NCBI GenBank assembly: GCA_964016885.1 | Contig: OZ024743.1 | Location: 300,142,001-300,206,000, forward strand | Source of the DNA: Eledone cirrhosa | Taxonomy: Eukaryota | Direction of reading: 5' to 3' | Length of the DNA: 64,000 nt | In this document: positions 27,600-41,800 of the stretch, one piece after another | How the letters are laid out: each line of letters begins with the position of its first letter | Position numbering within the stretch: position 1 is the first letter of the stretch | Position numbers and translations under genes: made by a program | Notes under the pieces: model-generated | Seen by the model: only the letters and a program-made list of their open reading frames with translations | The model's database searches: none | Told to the model about the DNA's origin: nothing

Positions 27600-27681
<82 letters not shown>

Positions 27682-28025
27682 AATGTCGGTAGACAATTCC
27701 TAGCCCTTATAGATCTTCGTTTCCCTGAAAGCCATAAATTCCGACAAATATGTAGAAGGCCACTAAATCAACAGTGCAATACTATAGTGGTGATATATCC
27801 GGCAGAAGTGACCTCAACCAACCGGAACCACCTGTACTAATGTCAGAAAGACATGTCTGAGAAATGTGCAACTGCTCTAAATCATTAATGGGATTCATTT
27901 CATGACGCAACAGGAAGTATCTCTTTGCACATAAAACGCTATACAAAGGGCACAGCATAAATATTAATTAATTAATTAACAACAACAACAACAACAACAA
28001 TTATAATAATAACAACAATAATAAT

Positions 28026-31000
28026 CGTTTCTTTATTGGCCACAAGGGCTAACTCGAAGAAAAATATTAGGGACGACACACAACAGTACAGGACGATACA
28101 AAGTGGGTTTTGCTCGTGAAAACAGGTTATAACAAAATTGGGCTAGAAATCAAAAAAATTCAAACAACAAAAAATCACCAAGAGCGCGAAACCTCCGAGG
28201 GTTAGTCGTGGCGAAATCCACTCAAAAAGGCCAATGACAACCTTACCACCAGGGCAAGCGCGCGCTCTCACTTTTCCCACTCCTCAGTCTGCAGGCGTAT
28301 ACTCAGAGCAGGCATTTCACTCGGACCAGACTCGCCACTCTCACCCACCTTTCAACAAACTTACTAGAAGACATCACTTACCTCTCCACCCTGATTTTCC
28401 TCTTCGAGTGAAACTTGAAAAAGTTAATCAGGGATTGGCCGAAGAGGAAAATGTCCGCTTTCAACCCTTTCAACATTGTCCACCACACTATTTCTTTCGC
28501 CACGGCCACCAGGCAGTTGAACACTGCCTGCCCTTCCTCCTTTTTAAAGGAGGATGGTGGGGCTATCTGCACAATGAACTCAGTCGATAACCGGATCTGT
28601 CTTACATGCGATAGAAGCTGTTCGACATAGCTCCACAAGTTAACAATCCTCGGGCACTGAACAGTGCGTGCAGGACGGTTTGCGACGCCCTGCGCGCATC
28701 TCGGATAGGCTCGGTTAACAGCACCCCCGTGCCTGTAGAGCTTATGCCGAACCGGCAACGCTCCCCGGTAGCACTACCACGATAACCTCCATCTCATGCG
28801 ATACATTATATAGAGGCTGGTTAAGGAACCTGGCACGGGTAGAGCGCTGATCAACTTGGATCAATCTAAAGCATTTGATAGGGCCGACCATCGGTACTTG
28901 GGCGCGGTCCTCAAAGTGGCCGGCTTCGGGCCCGATTTCAGGAGCTGGATCGCTGCGATGCACAGCGACATCTGCTCGATTGTGAGGGGGAATGGTCACC
29001 TGTCGCAGCCTTTCAGCATCATGCGCTCGGTCCGCCAGGGTTGCTCCCTCTCGTACACCTTGTACGTACTGGCCCTAGAGCCGTTACTGCACACATTGGA
29101 GACGATGGGGCGGGGGGGTCACGCGACCTGGGATGCGGGACCGTGGTGGCGTCTAGCACCAAACACGTCCAGATGCTTGGCACCGCTCTCAAGGATTACG
29201 AAGCGGTGACAGGAGCAAATATAAACCAAGAAAAGTCGGTGGGCTTGCAACTCGGCATCTGGAGAGGCAAATCCATGCCGTCCAACAGCGTCGTTGTGCG
29301 CTGGACGGAAGGACCGGTTAAATTGCTGGGGGTCTGGTTCTGTCCGGACCTCCAGATGGAGAAAAAACTGAAGCGAGGCTTTTACACTTTCCTGCCCTAT
29401 CTACTAGCCCCATCGTGCATCTAAGATTCCGTTCCAGTCGCCTACTAACACTAAAGAGCGCGACGTTCCAAGAAAGGTCTCTAGCCGTCTGAAGAAATGT
29501 GGAGGTCCTGCCTCTGCTGGGGCATAGACGGCTACTAGCCTGAAAGCATTGCCTTCGCTGCCGGTCACGTCCAACACCACCGACTTACCTTCTGGGGCCA
29601 GGAAGATGGCCCGTGTGGCGAGAACCAAACCTATCTGAAAACGTACGGCAACCCCTCCCCCCGTATCCGCCGGGTTGCCGTGCTTCGGATATTCTGGTCT
29701 TGCTGATGGCCACCATATCTATGTTTAGTGGCCTGAGGTCGTTGAGCAGTTCCCTGCTTCCAAGATGACCCCAGGCCACGTATATTTATACTGCCTATTC
29801 TAAGTACGGCCATGTTGAATAAGAGACGGGGTAAGTGAGAAAGGATGATTTACTTTGATCGTGTAGTGAATGGACAGTAGAACCGTCCCTTTGGCTGATT
29901 ATGAGTTTTCGAAGAGGATGTCGGTGTATATCCTCTGCAGTCTCTAACTGCGTTGGGAAATTTTTGTTTTAAAAGTTTGTAATGTTCTATTTTGATTTCA
30001 ATGATGTTTATGTTTGTCGGGAGAGTTCTTGGTGTTGCTGGGGTGTAGTAGTTTTTTTCTGTGATGTCTGTGTTCTGATTTATATGTTGTAAGAGTTCTT
30101 TATTTGCCATGTTTATGGCTGTGTACTTTTTGGGGGAAGCGTGTTTTGTTGCTGTTTTCTTGTTTTTGCTGTTGGGTGTGTGTGTTTTGTTGTGTTTGCG
30201 ATGTTGGTGTTTTTGGCGATGCTGGTGTTGGTGTGGTTGTAGTTGTTGATGATGCTTGTGGTGGTGATGGTGATGGTGGTGGTGTTGCTGCAAGTATCCT
30301 TGCAGCCTTTACCCCTCTTCGTTTGCCTTCGCTTTTGGAGGGTGAAGATAAGGGGTCTCTCATTTTTTGTTTTTTGTGGCAGACAGTTTTCCACTTCCCT
30401 CGCGCGTCATACTCCATATCGGATTTCGTGGCGTCTGGGAGGCGTATGAGCTCCATAGCTGTTGGTGGTGCTAGTGGAGCCCGCTCCGGCGATTTTGCCG
30501 CCGATGTAGCTACTGCGACTGTTGGTGTTGCCGCCACTGCTGTCGCTGTTTTAGTTGTCCGTGGCCTTGTATGGGTTCCACGGACGTTGCCCTCCTATTC
30601 ACCATGGAAGTGTCTTCTGCCTCTGTTGCCTGCCCTGTTCTTGGTTGCAGCTTATCCGGCGTCGGAAGGAGGGATGCCCTCTTCTGGCTATCTAATTCGG
30701 GCAGAAGGACTGGAGGTGACCCTTCTGCCCACAGATATAGCAGTTAGGGCCCCTTCCTTCAACGATTATAGGGAGCTGGAGTCCTTCTTCGCAGTTTATA
30801 ATATCTGGGATGGCCTCGATGCACTCCTGGTCAGTCTGTATTAGCATTTGCATGCCTATTCCTGACCATTTCTCTCTTCCCATTCTCTGTATTTGAAGTA
30901 TGGTGGTCTTCTCCTCGATTCCAGCAAGTACAGATGCGTTCTGCCAAGGTATGGGCACATCGGGCGGGGCCTGGGTCAATTTGACCCTCACAATTTTCTT

Positions 31001-31568
31001 CTAGCAGTAGGAGGGACACAATAGTATCTTCTCACTCCTTAACGTTCCCAAAGTGTGAGACCAAAAGGTGGCGAAATGTACGTCTACTGTGGCGTACTTT
31101 TTGCCTCGGGAGATGTGGGTTTTGGGCGCGCAGACGCCCACCAAAGCCTTTTGGATTTGAGCCTCCGTGGCTCTCTGCACCCGATGTGACATATTGCTTA
31201 CGGTGCGGTAAGTCACCGTGCGCAGCTGCTGGTCTTTGAAAAAATCGGGTTGAGGTTTCAGGAAAACTCTATTTTCATTCCTTATCACCATGGCTCTTGC
31301 GCCTGCCATCCCCTCCTCCGTGACTAGTACTCTCTCTATATTTCGGGCCGCACCTGCGAAAGAAGTGGCCCCTTTTTCAGCGGCACCATTATTGCTGCCG
31401 CTTCCTCTGCTATTGGTCTTCTTGTTGGTGGTGTTGTTTTTGCTACTGCTACAAACGGTGTTGTTGGTTTTGTTGCTGTTATCACTGTTGTAGTTGTTTG
31501 TGTTTTTGGTGCCACCGTTGTTGTTGTTTTCTGTGCAATTTGTATTGTTGCTGTTGGCGTTGTTTATC
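28026..31568 (-). mobile_element. Tx1-type LINE copy with internal deletions and an inverted RT segment (28777-29371 on +)
   Basis: AATAAA plus (ATT)n tail at 28021-28037 (minus); C-terminal LPVRHKL; plus-strand DQSKAFDR, SVRQGC and KLLGVWF; endonuclease and ORF1 homologous to 690-2950; zinc knuckle CYICGQKGHLQSFC. Confidence 0.9.
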
Positions 31569-33365
31569 TTCTCTTTCCACCATCATCTTCCTTTCCAGGT
31601 GAAACTTGAAGAAGTTGATGAGGGATTGGTCGAAGAGAAAAGAGTCTGTCTTCAGTCCTTTCAGCCTGGTCTACCTTACAAACTCTTTCGCAACTGCCAC
31701 CAGACAGAGGAATATTGCCTGCCCTTCCGATAGCTGGATCCATTCCACACCCGAGTGTAGCAGTTCGACATAACTCCACAAGTCAGTAATGCACGGACAT
31801 TGGGCGAGTGCGTGCAGAACGGATTCGTCGCACTGCGCGCATCTGCGAGGGATTTCTGGAAGTTATCCTTCATCCCCGGCTCGAAAGTCCTCCGGAACAC
31901 ACTGGTCAGTTCGACTTCGTCGAAGCCCAGAGCCTCTCGGAATGCGTCGTCGCACTTCCCCACCACTACTCCTCTATAGACGTTGAGAATGGAAGTTCCA
32001 CTGACCACATTGCCCAGCTGGTAGAGGGCAGTGAGTAACTGGCAACATTCCAGATGACAGTCACCCAGTCTCCGTCTCTTCTTGACCCAGAACTGCAGCT
32101 CAGTCAAAGAGACGAGCTGCAGAAAGGCCTGTCTTATAAACGGCGACCACATCTGTTCACCGTTTAGGCAGAATATTTGGAGATGCCGCAGTCTCAGTGC
32201 ATTTTTGCGCATCATTAACCAAGGCATGTGCAGCCATCTGCGTAGAGGGTGCTGGCATCAGATGGACCGTCTCACTAACTGGACCTGTCCACTCCACAAT
32301 AATTTGAAGAGGAGCCGTTCCAAGTTGGCGAGGCGCGTACGGGGCCAAGGCACGAGGGTCTGTGATAGATTCCTCGCAGCCCATTTCTAAGTGAGTCTGG
32401 CTACTCTGCTCGTTACCTGGTCCCAATTCTTATCTAACTGAGGTCTGGTCCGAACCAAACCCCGAGCAACTTTATCGGTCCCTCCGTGCAGCGCCCAGCG
32501 ACGCTGTTGGACGGCATGGACTTGCCTCTGAAGGAGCCGAGCTGCAGGCCCACCGACTTTTCCGGGTTAGGTTTCTCTCCTATCAACCATTCATATTCCT
32601 CCAATAATGTGCCGACCACCTCAATTTCCCAGGTGTCTGACAACATCACGGTAATATCGTCGGCATAAGCCAACACAGTCTTTAAGCGTCCCGGTTCGAG
32701 CGGGATGCCCTGCAACAGGTCAAGCCTTCGCAGTAAAGGCTCTAGATTCAATACGTAGAGAAGGGAAGAGAGAGGGCACGCTTGCCAGAGCGATCGGGAG
32801 ACCTGAAACGGTTCCAAGAGGTGTGCATTGCAGTTTGTGAAGCCGGGGCCGAAGCCAGCCGCCTTGAGGTACCAATTGTTAACCCTATCGAATGCTTTCG
32901 ATTGATTTAAATTGATCAGAGCCCAAACCGAAGCCATGTTTACACCCTTCCCTATCTATGATGTATCGCATGAGATAGAGTTTGTCATGTATGGACCTTG
33001 TCGGGATTGCGCAACTTTGCGCCTTCCCAACCAAACCCTCGACGACAAGCGCTAACCTCTGCGCTAACACCTTGGCCAAAATCTTAAAATCTGTGTTAAG
33101 CGGAGTTAAGGGCCTCCAGCTGGCTAATATATCCCTCTTGTTCTCGCCTTTCCTTATCAGCATCACTACACCCCATTTTACAGAATTGGAATACTCCCGT
33201 TCTGCTGCCAGTTGCAGTAGAGCGCTTCGAGGAGATCGGAGAACAAGTCTGACATATTTACGTAAAGCTCGAAGGGCAGACATTCGAAACCAGGTGTTTT
33301 GCGCCTTGTGCATCCTGAATTTCGGCTGAAGTAATCGGCCTTTCGCAGCTCTCAGCGAGTGTGAA
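31569..33365 (-). mobile_element. Further decayed Tx1-type ORF2 (RT and C-terminus)
   Basis: CERPITSAEI, KTPG..LPFELY, WRPLTPLNTDFKILAK, QSKAFDRV, YADDITV. Confidence 0.9.
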
Positions 33366-34200
33366 TGCATGTCTCTGTGTTCTTTATATGCACATAAATA
33401 TTAAGTATGCGGGATTTATCCGCACATAATTGAAATTCGTATTTACCCATCTACTCTCCGTACATCTAAAATAGTTGTTGCTTTCAACCAAATGCCTTCC
33501 AAAAACCGATTTAGAGTAGCGTATTCTCTCTTGCTGTTATGGTTTATGAATGCGGAATACATAATAAATCGTATGAGAATATTAATATTATATTAAAAAA
33601 AAAATGATAGATTTATTTTTTAAGAAACAATCTTCTCAATTTTCTTAGAAATTCTACTAGAATTATGGGATGTTTGCATCATAATGTCAGGAATTTCTTT
33701 TCCATTCAATGCAAGATATATATTCTGTTTTATAAAGGAGGATGTTTAACTCAGTTTTCAATTGATCTCGTTCTTACACTCTGAAATCACAACAGTATTT
33801 CTATTGTGGAATTGCAATATTGATTTCTTTTTAATAGTAAAAAGATCAATACTCTAACGGAGCAGTAGATATTCGAATGGAATCCGGTAACTTTATTACC
33901 ACAATGATATGTATTTGACGTTATTCAGATTAGGAAAAATCAGTTTTTGTGAGATTCTCTACGTGTTAATTCAAATTGTTTAAAATAGCGCACCAACTCC
34001 CCTTAAACTGCATAAATATTTTTTGTTCATATTTTTATCCACGTACCTGAATGAAGGGCCAGTTAAAGAGTGCCACCTTTATTATACAGTGATGGACATG
34101 ACTGGCTGATCACCAAAAACATTGTTGACACATTCATGTTAATTCATGAAATGTTATATTGTTTAATGTATCAAACTTTTAATGTTTAAACTATATATAT

Positions 34201-34300
<100 letters not shown>

Positions 34301-34307
34301 TAAGCAC

Positions 34308-34345
34308 TATGCTGATAAGAGCCAGAGCTCGAAATGCATAGACAA
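34308..34345 (+). ncRNA. Degenerate minimal hammerhead beside (TA)n
   Basis: CTGATAA-GAGC CAGA GCTC-GAAA-TGCA-TA; stem I poor. Confidence 0.5.
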
Positions 34346-34477
34346 TTATCCAAGGATGCTTCTGTTGGAATCCGCTTGACGCCGCCGGCTCACACCCTTT
34401 CAATTCATAGCTTGGTTGTCATAATGTTTATTTATTTAACATAGCGGATAGCTTTGAATATACGAAATTGACATACA

Positions 34478-34800
34478 CAGGTAATGACCAAAAGAATACA
34501 ATCGAAATTACAAGCGGCCGAAATGGGATTCCTCGCAAGTGTCTTTGGAGAAAAGTTACTCGATGAAGTGCATAGCTCTGAGATTAGAGAGTCAGTCGAT
34601 GTAGATTCGCTACTTCTTCTAATTGAGAGACAACTATTCCGATACTATGGGCAAGAATCGCAGGACAGATTTTACGTGCAAAACCAACAGAGAAGAGACC
34701 CAGAGGTATACTCTGAGCAAGATTGTTGGATAACCTCCAAAAGCTTTTTTGGTCACGCTTGGGGATCCAGCCGGGTCAGTTGGAGAGGATGCTTCTGGAG
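34478..34800 (+). mobile_element. RTE-clade LINE 3' fragment
   Basis: MTKRIQSKLQAAEMGFL..SSEIRESVDVDSLLLLIERQ, typical of the RTE C-terminus. Confidence 0.8.
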
Positions 34801-34829
34801 GGTTTGAGAACAGATACAGGCAAGAATGT

Positions 34830-35095
34830 AACAAGGGCAGTCTATTTTACATAGGCAGCACTATTCGACTGTTAGATCACCGAATTAAAGAGCATGATAA
34901 CAACTTCTCTTCCTTCCGCAAACTAATAGTCAAATGAGGGAAGCCGGACCATATTACCACCACAATCTTAGCTACCTAACACAGTATAGGGACGCTGAGA
35001 ATTAAGCAATTAAAACCTAGGATCAATAATCGAATTGAAAGAAGTGCACCAGAATGGTCAATTTAAAAGCCTGTATTCCAACATCCCAGTGGCCC
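34830..35095 (+). pseudogene. PLE remnant: GIY-YIG piece followed by an RT motif-A-like piece
   Basis: FYIGSTIRLLDHRIKEH..IKQLKPRINNR, then KSLYSNIPV. Confidence 0.6.
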
Positions 35096-35344
35096 GTTTA
35101 TATATAGACTCACACACACACATGCATATATCACTCACACACACACATATATATATATATTCCTTTTGTACACAATTTCAAAAGCAACCAACACTTATGC
35201 GTTCAACCATATCATTTAAGTCTGTTTTCGATTACTATGATATGTATCGCGAATGAATGTGAGATATAACCTAAAAGCATAAATTTAAGCTCGTAAACAA
35301 ATCGGTTAATTCGGTGATCTTCGATGTTGCAATACTAATGCATT

Positions 35345-35530
35345 ATATTCTTGTGTGGTATAGAGATTCTGCCCTTTACGTTCAGATTTCAAATTCTGTC
35401 TATGTTAGCGTTGCCTTTCATCCTTACGGGGTCGATAAAATATAATACCAGTAAAGACTGGGGTGGATTTAATCGACTTTCCCCACCCCCAGAATTGTGG
35501 CCCCTGTGCATAATGTAGAAATAATTATAT
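35345..35530 (+). mobile_element. Nin/Deu-domain SINE copy
   Basis: gcctttcatccttacggggtcgataaaatataataccag core. Confidence 0.75.
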
Positions 35531-37066
35531 TAGATTACATTAGTATCGACCAATTCCAATTGGTGACACTATGCGGTTCATCCTAGCATCACGGATTTGC
35601 ATCGTGTTCATCAAGACAGAGCCATGTAGTCCAACAACTTCCCGTGAAATCAGTTTAGGGCGACTGCATCTATGAGTTGTATCGGGCGACCATAACAGAA
35701 ATTTCGTAGCAACTTCCCTGTGACACGCTACATGACCAGCATGAATTTGACAACATTTTCCTATCAGAATTGAAATTTTCAGAATTTGGATTTATTTTGT
35801 AATATATCAAACTGTCGACAAAGCAGCTCTATTATACTCTAGATACATGTCTACAGAATTTTTAAAAGATTTATTCTGCGAAAGAACGCACAATTTAAAA
35901 TATGTACTTGTTTACATATATAAATGTGTTTAGATACGCATTTGCTACAACTTCATTTAAATCCTTTACTCTTTCTATTCATATATATATTCATATCATA
36001 CTAAATCGTAATTTCTGCCATTTGAAAACAATATGTAGAAATGATTATAGTTAATAGAATCAATTGTGCAACTATCGCAAGTAGTATTTATATTAAAGAT
36101 CAGTGACGAATGACAGGGTCATGCTTCCCTGGGGGTAACTGTAAGCATAATATAGAATTACGAAACTAAATACGAAAACGTATCAATCTGATAATATGAT
36201 TTTACAAACCATTTCTCTTTGAATGTTAATAGTGGTTTGTTGTTAATTTCATATACGGGGATAAATGCAAGAAGCTTATACTTATTTTTTGAATGAAAAT
36301 ACGAAATATCTAATATCAATGATTTACTCGCAAATCCATTTGTAAAATGGTAAATTTTTAAGACGTCATTCATTCGTTTTATTGGTAACATTGGAGATTT
36401 CTAAATAGAATATTTGAAACCTACTAACTATTTTGGAGTAGAAGACTTATACAAGTGTCGTAGCAAAGATTGTATAGGTCACATGAAATCACTGTTTACA
36501 TTGCCATAATGTCACGATGATTTCAGTTGTGAATAATCGATTAAGTTATAGGTAGTCTTTGATTAGTACTTGGATATTCGATCTGGAGGTAGAAAAATTA
36601 TTTCTAACATAGTAATAAAGTTATTTATGAGCAGAATGAGTGTAGTTGATTGGAATATTTCAAAGTAACTGGTTTGAACCTTTTTTAAAAATAAATTTCA
36701 TAGCTGTTTAGACCCAAATATTCTCCTATCATACCATCCTCTATGTAAAACGGTGATATCGTTTCATTTCAAATACATCTCATGTTCTATATTTAAACTA
36801 ACAGGCTTCATTCCAATTAGATTTAGCTGTTATATCCAGCAGGTGGAGTGAGGCACTAGATATCCTAGTCTACACATCATGAAGCTTGACATTTATGGAC
36901 TAGTCATGTTTGGAACCTATATGATCATATGCTTGATTAAATCGATTTAAACCAGCCACATAACCATGTAGCCCCATTACACGTAAACACACACTACACA
37001 AACAAAGAAGCACACATTCACACACACCCATACATACATACTCACAAACATAAATATGTATGTGTG

Positions 37067-37101
<35 letters not shown>

Positions 37102-37199
37102 GTATACATATATAAGAAAGGCGTAAGTTGCAGAAAGTGCAGTAATCATAAATCATACGCATTGTCAGAGAGTTCACTGGCTCAAAATGTAACATGTGT

Positions 37200-38430
37200 A
37201 TACTAGTTGAAGACAGAACTAGGATATCAATTCATCAACATAAGAAAACAAATACCAGAGGCCTGGGAAACATTCAATAGATTCTGAAATAGTAGAGTCA
37301 AGTCGCACTCTTTGAACTTAAAACAGAACTGCCAGTTGAAATCCTCCATGTAAGAACTAACGATTTCTTGTAAGAATATATACAGAATACACCAGGCACT
37401 GAATGAACTAAGGATCACCACTTTCATCAAATGTTCAAAAGAACAATCTGAGGCAATGCGTTATTGTGAAACTTCCAGAAAGGGCACCTGGCAGACGGTA
37501 AAACCTGATGGTAAATTACATTTATCTCCGTACCAGGAACTGGTCTATTCAATCTCCAGAATTCATTTGCTGTACCCATCCTAGCGCCAAGATTTTCTCT
37601 GTTGAACAGGTCATTGCAAGAACTAAGCAAGATGGATGTAAGGACTCGAAAGATGCTCAGTGTCACTGGAAAATATAACATCAATTGTGATGTGTATAGG
37701 CATAGTTTCTTGGGCAATGAGGGTGGCCGGGATCTAAAATCTATATTATCATCATACTGGACCCGGACAATAATACTGAAGCAACATGTTCAAAAGTAGG
37801 AAAAGGTCAGCAACCATCTGGTCCAGATTTTTTGGCATGGTGATATTAATATTTTTAGGATAAACGCTGATCTAGAAGTGTGCCACGAATTATACCCTCA
37901 TCAGAATTCCTCTCTCAGGAACAGTGGTACACTCTACTCAATGCTCGAACAAAATGGAATAATGAACATATTCACTGAGAGAGTTGTGCGTGGGTTCTTG
38001 AGATAAAAGACACTGACCATAGAGGGGATATGCTATATTAAAAGTCCGATATGGAATGTCGACAAACCTGTCACAACCCACATTGAAGGATATATGTGCA
38101 ATCCAGAAATGAGTAATCTACACGAAGTTTCTACTACAAATTTTAGGGAAGTCATCAATTGACAATAAATACAGACTACGCAAACAACGATTGAAGATGT
38201 TAGCTACATTATTGCCAACGTGGGAAAATGTCTTCTCGTTATTACCTTTGAATGAAGCACGATGTAATGTCTAGAATGGTATTGAATACATAACGGAAGA
38301 TGAAATAAAATCGAATAGGGAGGAATATGTTCAGACACACGGCTCAAATGATTACTGCTCGAAGCTAAAATTAAATACTGCCACAAGATTTAAGCACAAC
38401 CGGCCTAATTTTGTTGTTTGTAATATGCGC
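37200..38430 (+). mobile_element. Decayed R4/Dong-like (restriction-like endonuclease) LINE 3' part
   Basis: FAVPIL; ELSKMDVRTRKML..CDVYR..EGGRDLKSI; EGYMC; KHNRPNFVV (RPD-like). Confidence 0.65.
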
Positions 38431-38899
38431 GCAGGTTCATACATATAATTATGTGTGCTACAGTGTATACACCAACGTGCTCTAGATTTGTGGATAAAGA
38501 AGGTCGCTACTTAAATCATAAGCGACGCATCTATAAACATGTTTAGGATTCAACAGATGAATACTTTGGCAAGAGACGAATGCACTTTCATTTCTTTTCC
38601 TGTCACTAAGATAGTTATCAATCAAACCTGAACTCAAAATTAAGAAAAAGAGAAAAGTATATACGTACTTTTGATTACTTATAGGATATACTCGACTTTC
38701 GCTGAAGATCCTACTAGGTCCGAAAAATTGATTAAATGTGTCTGTTTTGTCTTCAATTGACAGAGAATATCGTATTTCCTTGCATGTATATATTAAAAAT
38801 GTGAATATGTATATACACATTGGTGCAGTGTCTGTACAGATATAACTACATTGTACACTTGGGTTACTTAATGCACTTCTTAATATATATGAATACAAA

Positions 38900-41800
38900 A
38901 AAATTGTGATAAGGAACCAAATGGACCATAACGCACCAGAGTACTCAATTGTTAGGGTAGTAGAGTGGGAAATAGGAAAAAGTATGACCCCGGCGGCAGA
39001 GCTCAAGCCGTTTCGACGGCTATTTCTGGACTAAATTAGAATTTTTAGCCTGGTAAATAAATAGCCGAACTTTTCAAGGGGGTACTTCCTTATATGGGAA
39101 GATTGTCGTTGTCAAGAGGATTGGTTAAAATTTGTTGTAAACACAAATAAGTCTATCGTGGCATTTGGTGGGAAGTAGGGGTGGCTGAACTTGCATGTAG
39201 AACAATAGTGAAGTGAGTGGAGCGGTCAAGCGTTGAAAGTGATATGTATACATCATATTCTAAGGATAGTGTATGAAGTGTGTGTGTGTGTGTGTGGGGG
39301 GGGGGGGTTATAGAATAGGTAAATCGAAAGAGAGTAGGAGACAATAAAAGATACTAGAAAGAAATAAAAAAAATATATATATATAAAATTAGATAGTGAG
39401 AAATGAATAAAGAAATCACAATGCTATCTTACAATTACAGGTTAATAAGTTGAGAATAGAAAATAGAAATTACAAAATAGATACAAACTTAAAGGTTTTT
39501 ATTTAAACATCTGCTATAAGTAGTTAGTAAAACGTATTCGGTCAATTCTATCTTAAAATAACAGGGGTGTGGGAACTGATGCTACAAGGCCTGATGGGCT
39601 GCATCGGGGTAGGCGAAAGGGAAAGCAGACTAGGAAGAAAGTAGGGGGTGGAAGGAAGTGATAGGATTAGACACGGGGAAGAAGGAGACCAAAGAGGAAA
39701 AGAAAAGAGATACATTTACCTATGTAAGCTAGGATTTCCCCTAACTTATTCGGCAAGTGTGTGTATGTGGAGGGGGGGTATAAGTCCTTGTCTACCCACC
39801 CGGGTCGTTATAGGGTTTAAGGGCGAGGTAAGTCCTACGCAATCTCTGTTTGCATGCGGTTACCAGTTCATCTTTCTTGTTTAGGAGTTGGTCCTTCGAA
39901 AACAACATTTGTAATGTTTCCTCCGAGCATAAGTTACACGGACGGCGTCCTCCCGTGTAATAGTTAGCTCTGAACAGTAAGCTCCAAGTGAGATTGTAGG
40001 TTATATTGTTATCTTGGAGGTCCCAGATGGGGCCCGAATGTGTAGTGCCATGTCGCAGGACCAGGTTTCGGAAAGTGTCGGTTTTGGTAGAGCCGGGTCT
40101 TGAAGTCACACGCGGTTAATCCTATATAAGCTTTGTTGGAGGTGTCCGCCCTCACGTTGCACGGGTAGATCACATTACGTTCTCGATCCTAGACCGAGTT
40201 ATACCAAAAGTTAAGCAAAACGTGAGACTTAGCTTATGGAAGTAATCTCATGGTTCAGGAGTATGGAGGACAAACGAGACACAAAATTCATCCAGTTTGA
40301 CATAGAGAGTTACTATGCATCTATTACATTACCGCTGCTTACCGCCTTGGACTTTGCCGAAACACTCACGCCCATCACTGACAGGAAAGAAATATCATTC
40401 TCCACGCCAGGAAGACAGTCCTATTTTTCGACAACTCCAAGTGGATAAAGAGAGCTCCAGACCCCCCTTCGACGTCAGTATGGGCGCGACGGATTCGGCC
40501 GAGGTCACAAATCTTATAGGATTATTCCTTCTATTTAAACTCACCGAAATGTTTACTGCATTCGGCAGTGGATTGTACCTGGATGATGAGCTCCTCACCC
40601 TCAAAGGGTACAACCCCAGTAGTATAGACCGGGTCCGTAAACAAGCGAAAATGATCTGTAACACCCATACAGGAAACCAACCGACAGCCTGCACTACATC
40701 CACCGCCGCTCTAACCATCCTAGAAACATCACCAATAACCTGGTTAAAAACATCTCCCTCCGCATATCTAGTTTGTCCGCTAAAGAGCAGATATTCGACG
40801 AACACGCACCTCATTACAACCAGGCCCTCAAGCGGAGTTGGTTCCGGGAGGAAATATCATTTTATCCAGCTTCCCTTAGCGGAACCAGCAGGCTACACCG
40901 CCACTCACGCAACCTAACGTCGTTCAATCTTCCCCACAATGCCGAGGTGGCAATACCTATCGTGAAAATCTTCTTTAGACTCCTCGAAAAACATTTCCCA
41001 GAACAACACCGCTACCACAACATAATCAACAAAAACACCATCAGACTCTCCTATAGCACCACACCTAACTTCGCAACAAAACATCGTCTCCTCAAACAAC
41101 GAAAAACTCAACCCCTATGGAAGAAATAACCTAGAAATCAGTGGAGAGCCGACCAGGAGGTGTAACTGCCCTGATAGATCCACGTGCCCCCTCAACAACA
41201 AATGTCGAGAACATAACGTGATCTACCAGGGCAACGTGAGGACGGACACCCCCAACAAATCTTATATAGGATTAATCGCGTGACTTCAAGACCCGGCTCT
41301 ACCAACACCGACACACTTTCCGAAACCCGGTTCGGCGACATGCCACTACACTGTCGGGCCACATCTGGGACCTGCAAGATAACAATATAACCTACAATCT
41401 CACTTGGAGCTTACTGTCCAGAGCTAACTATTACACGGGAAGACGCCGTCCGTGTAACTTATGCTCGGAGGAAACATTATAAATGCTGTTTTCGAAGAAC
41501 CAACTCCTAAACAAAGAAAGATGAACTGGTAACCGCATGCAAACAAAGATTGTGTAGGACTTACCTCGCCCTCAAACCCTATAACGACCGGGGTGGGTAG
41601 ACAAGGACTGATATCGCGCCCCCGCACACACACTTTCCGAATATGTTAGGGAAAACCCCAGCTTACATAGGTAATTGTATCTCTTTTCTTTTCTTTTCCT
41701 CTTTGTCTCCTTCTTCCCCCTCTCTCATCCTATCACTTCCTTCCACCCCCTATTTTCTTCCTCGTCTGCTTTCCCCTTCCGCCTACCCCGATGCCGCCCA

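Noticed and set aside
33184-33370. Apparent host exon after TTTTACAG
   Set aside because: The minus strand translates as Tx1 RT N-terminus (CERPITSAEI, KTPG..LPFE)
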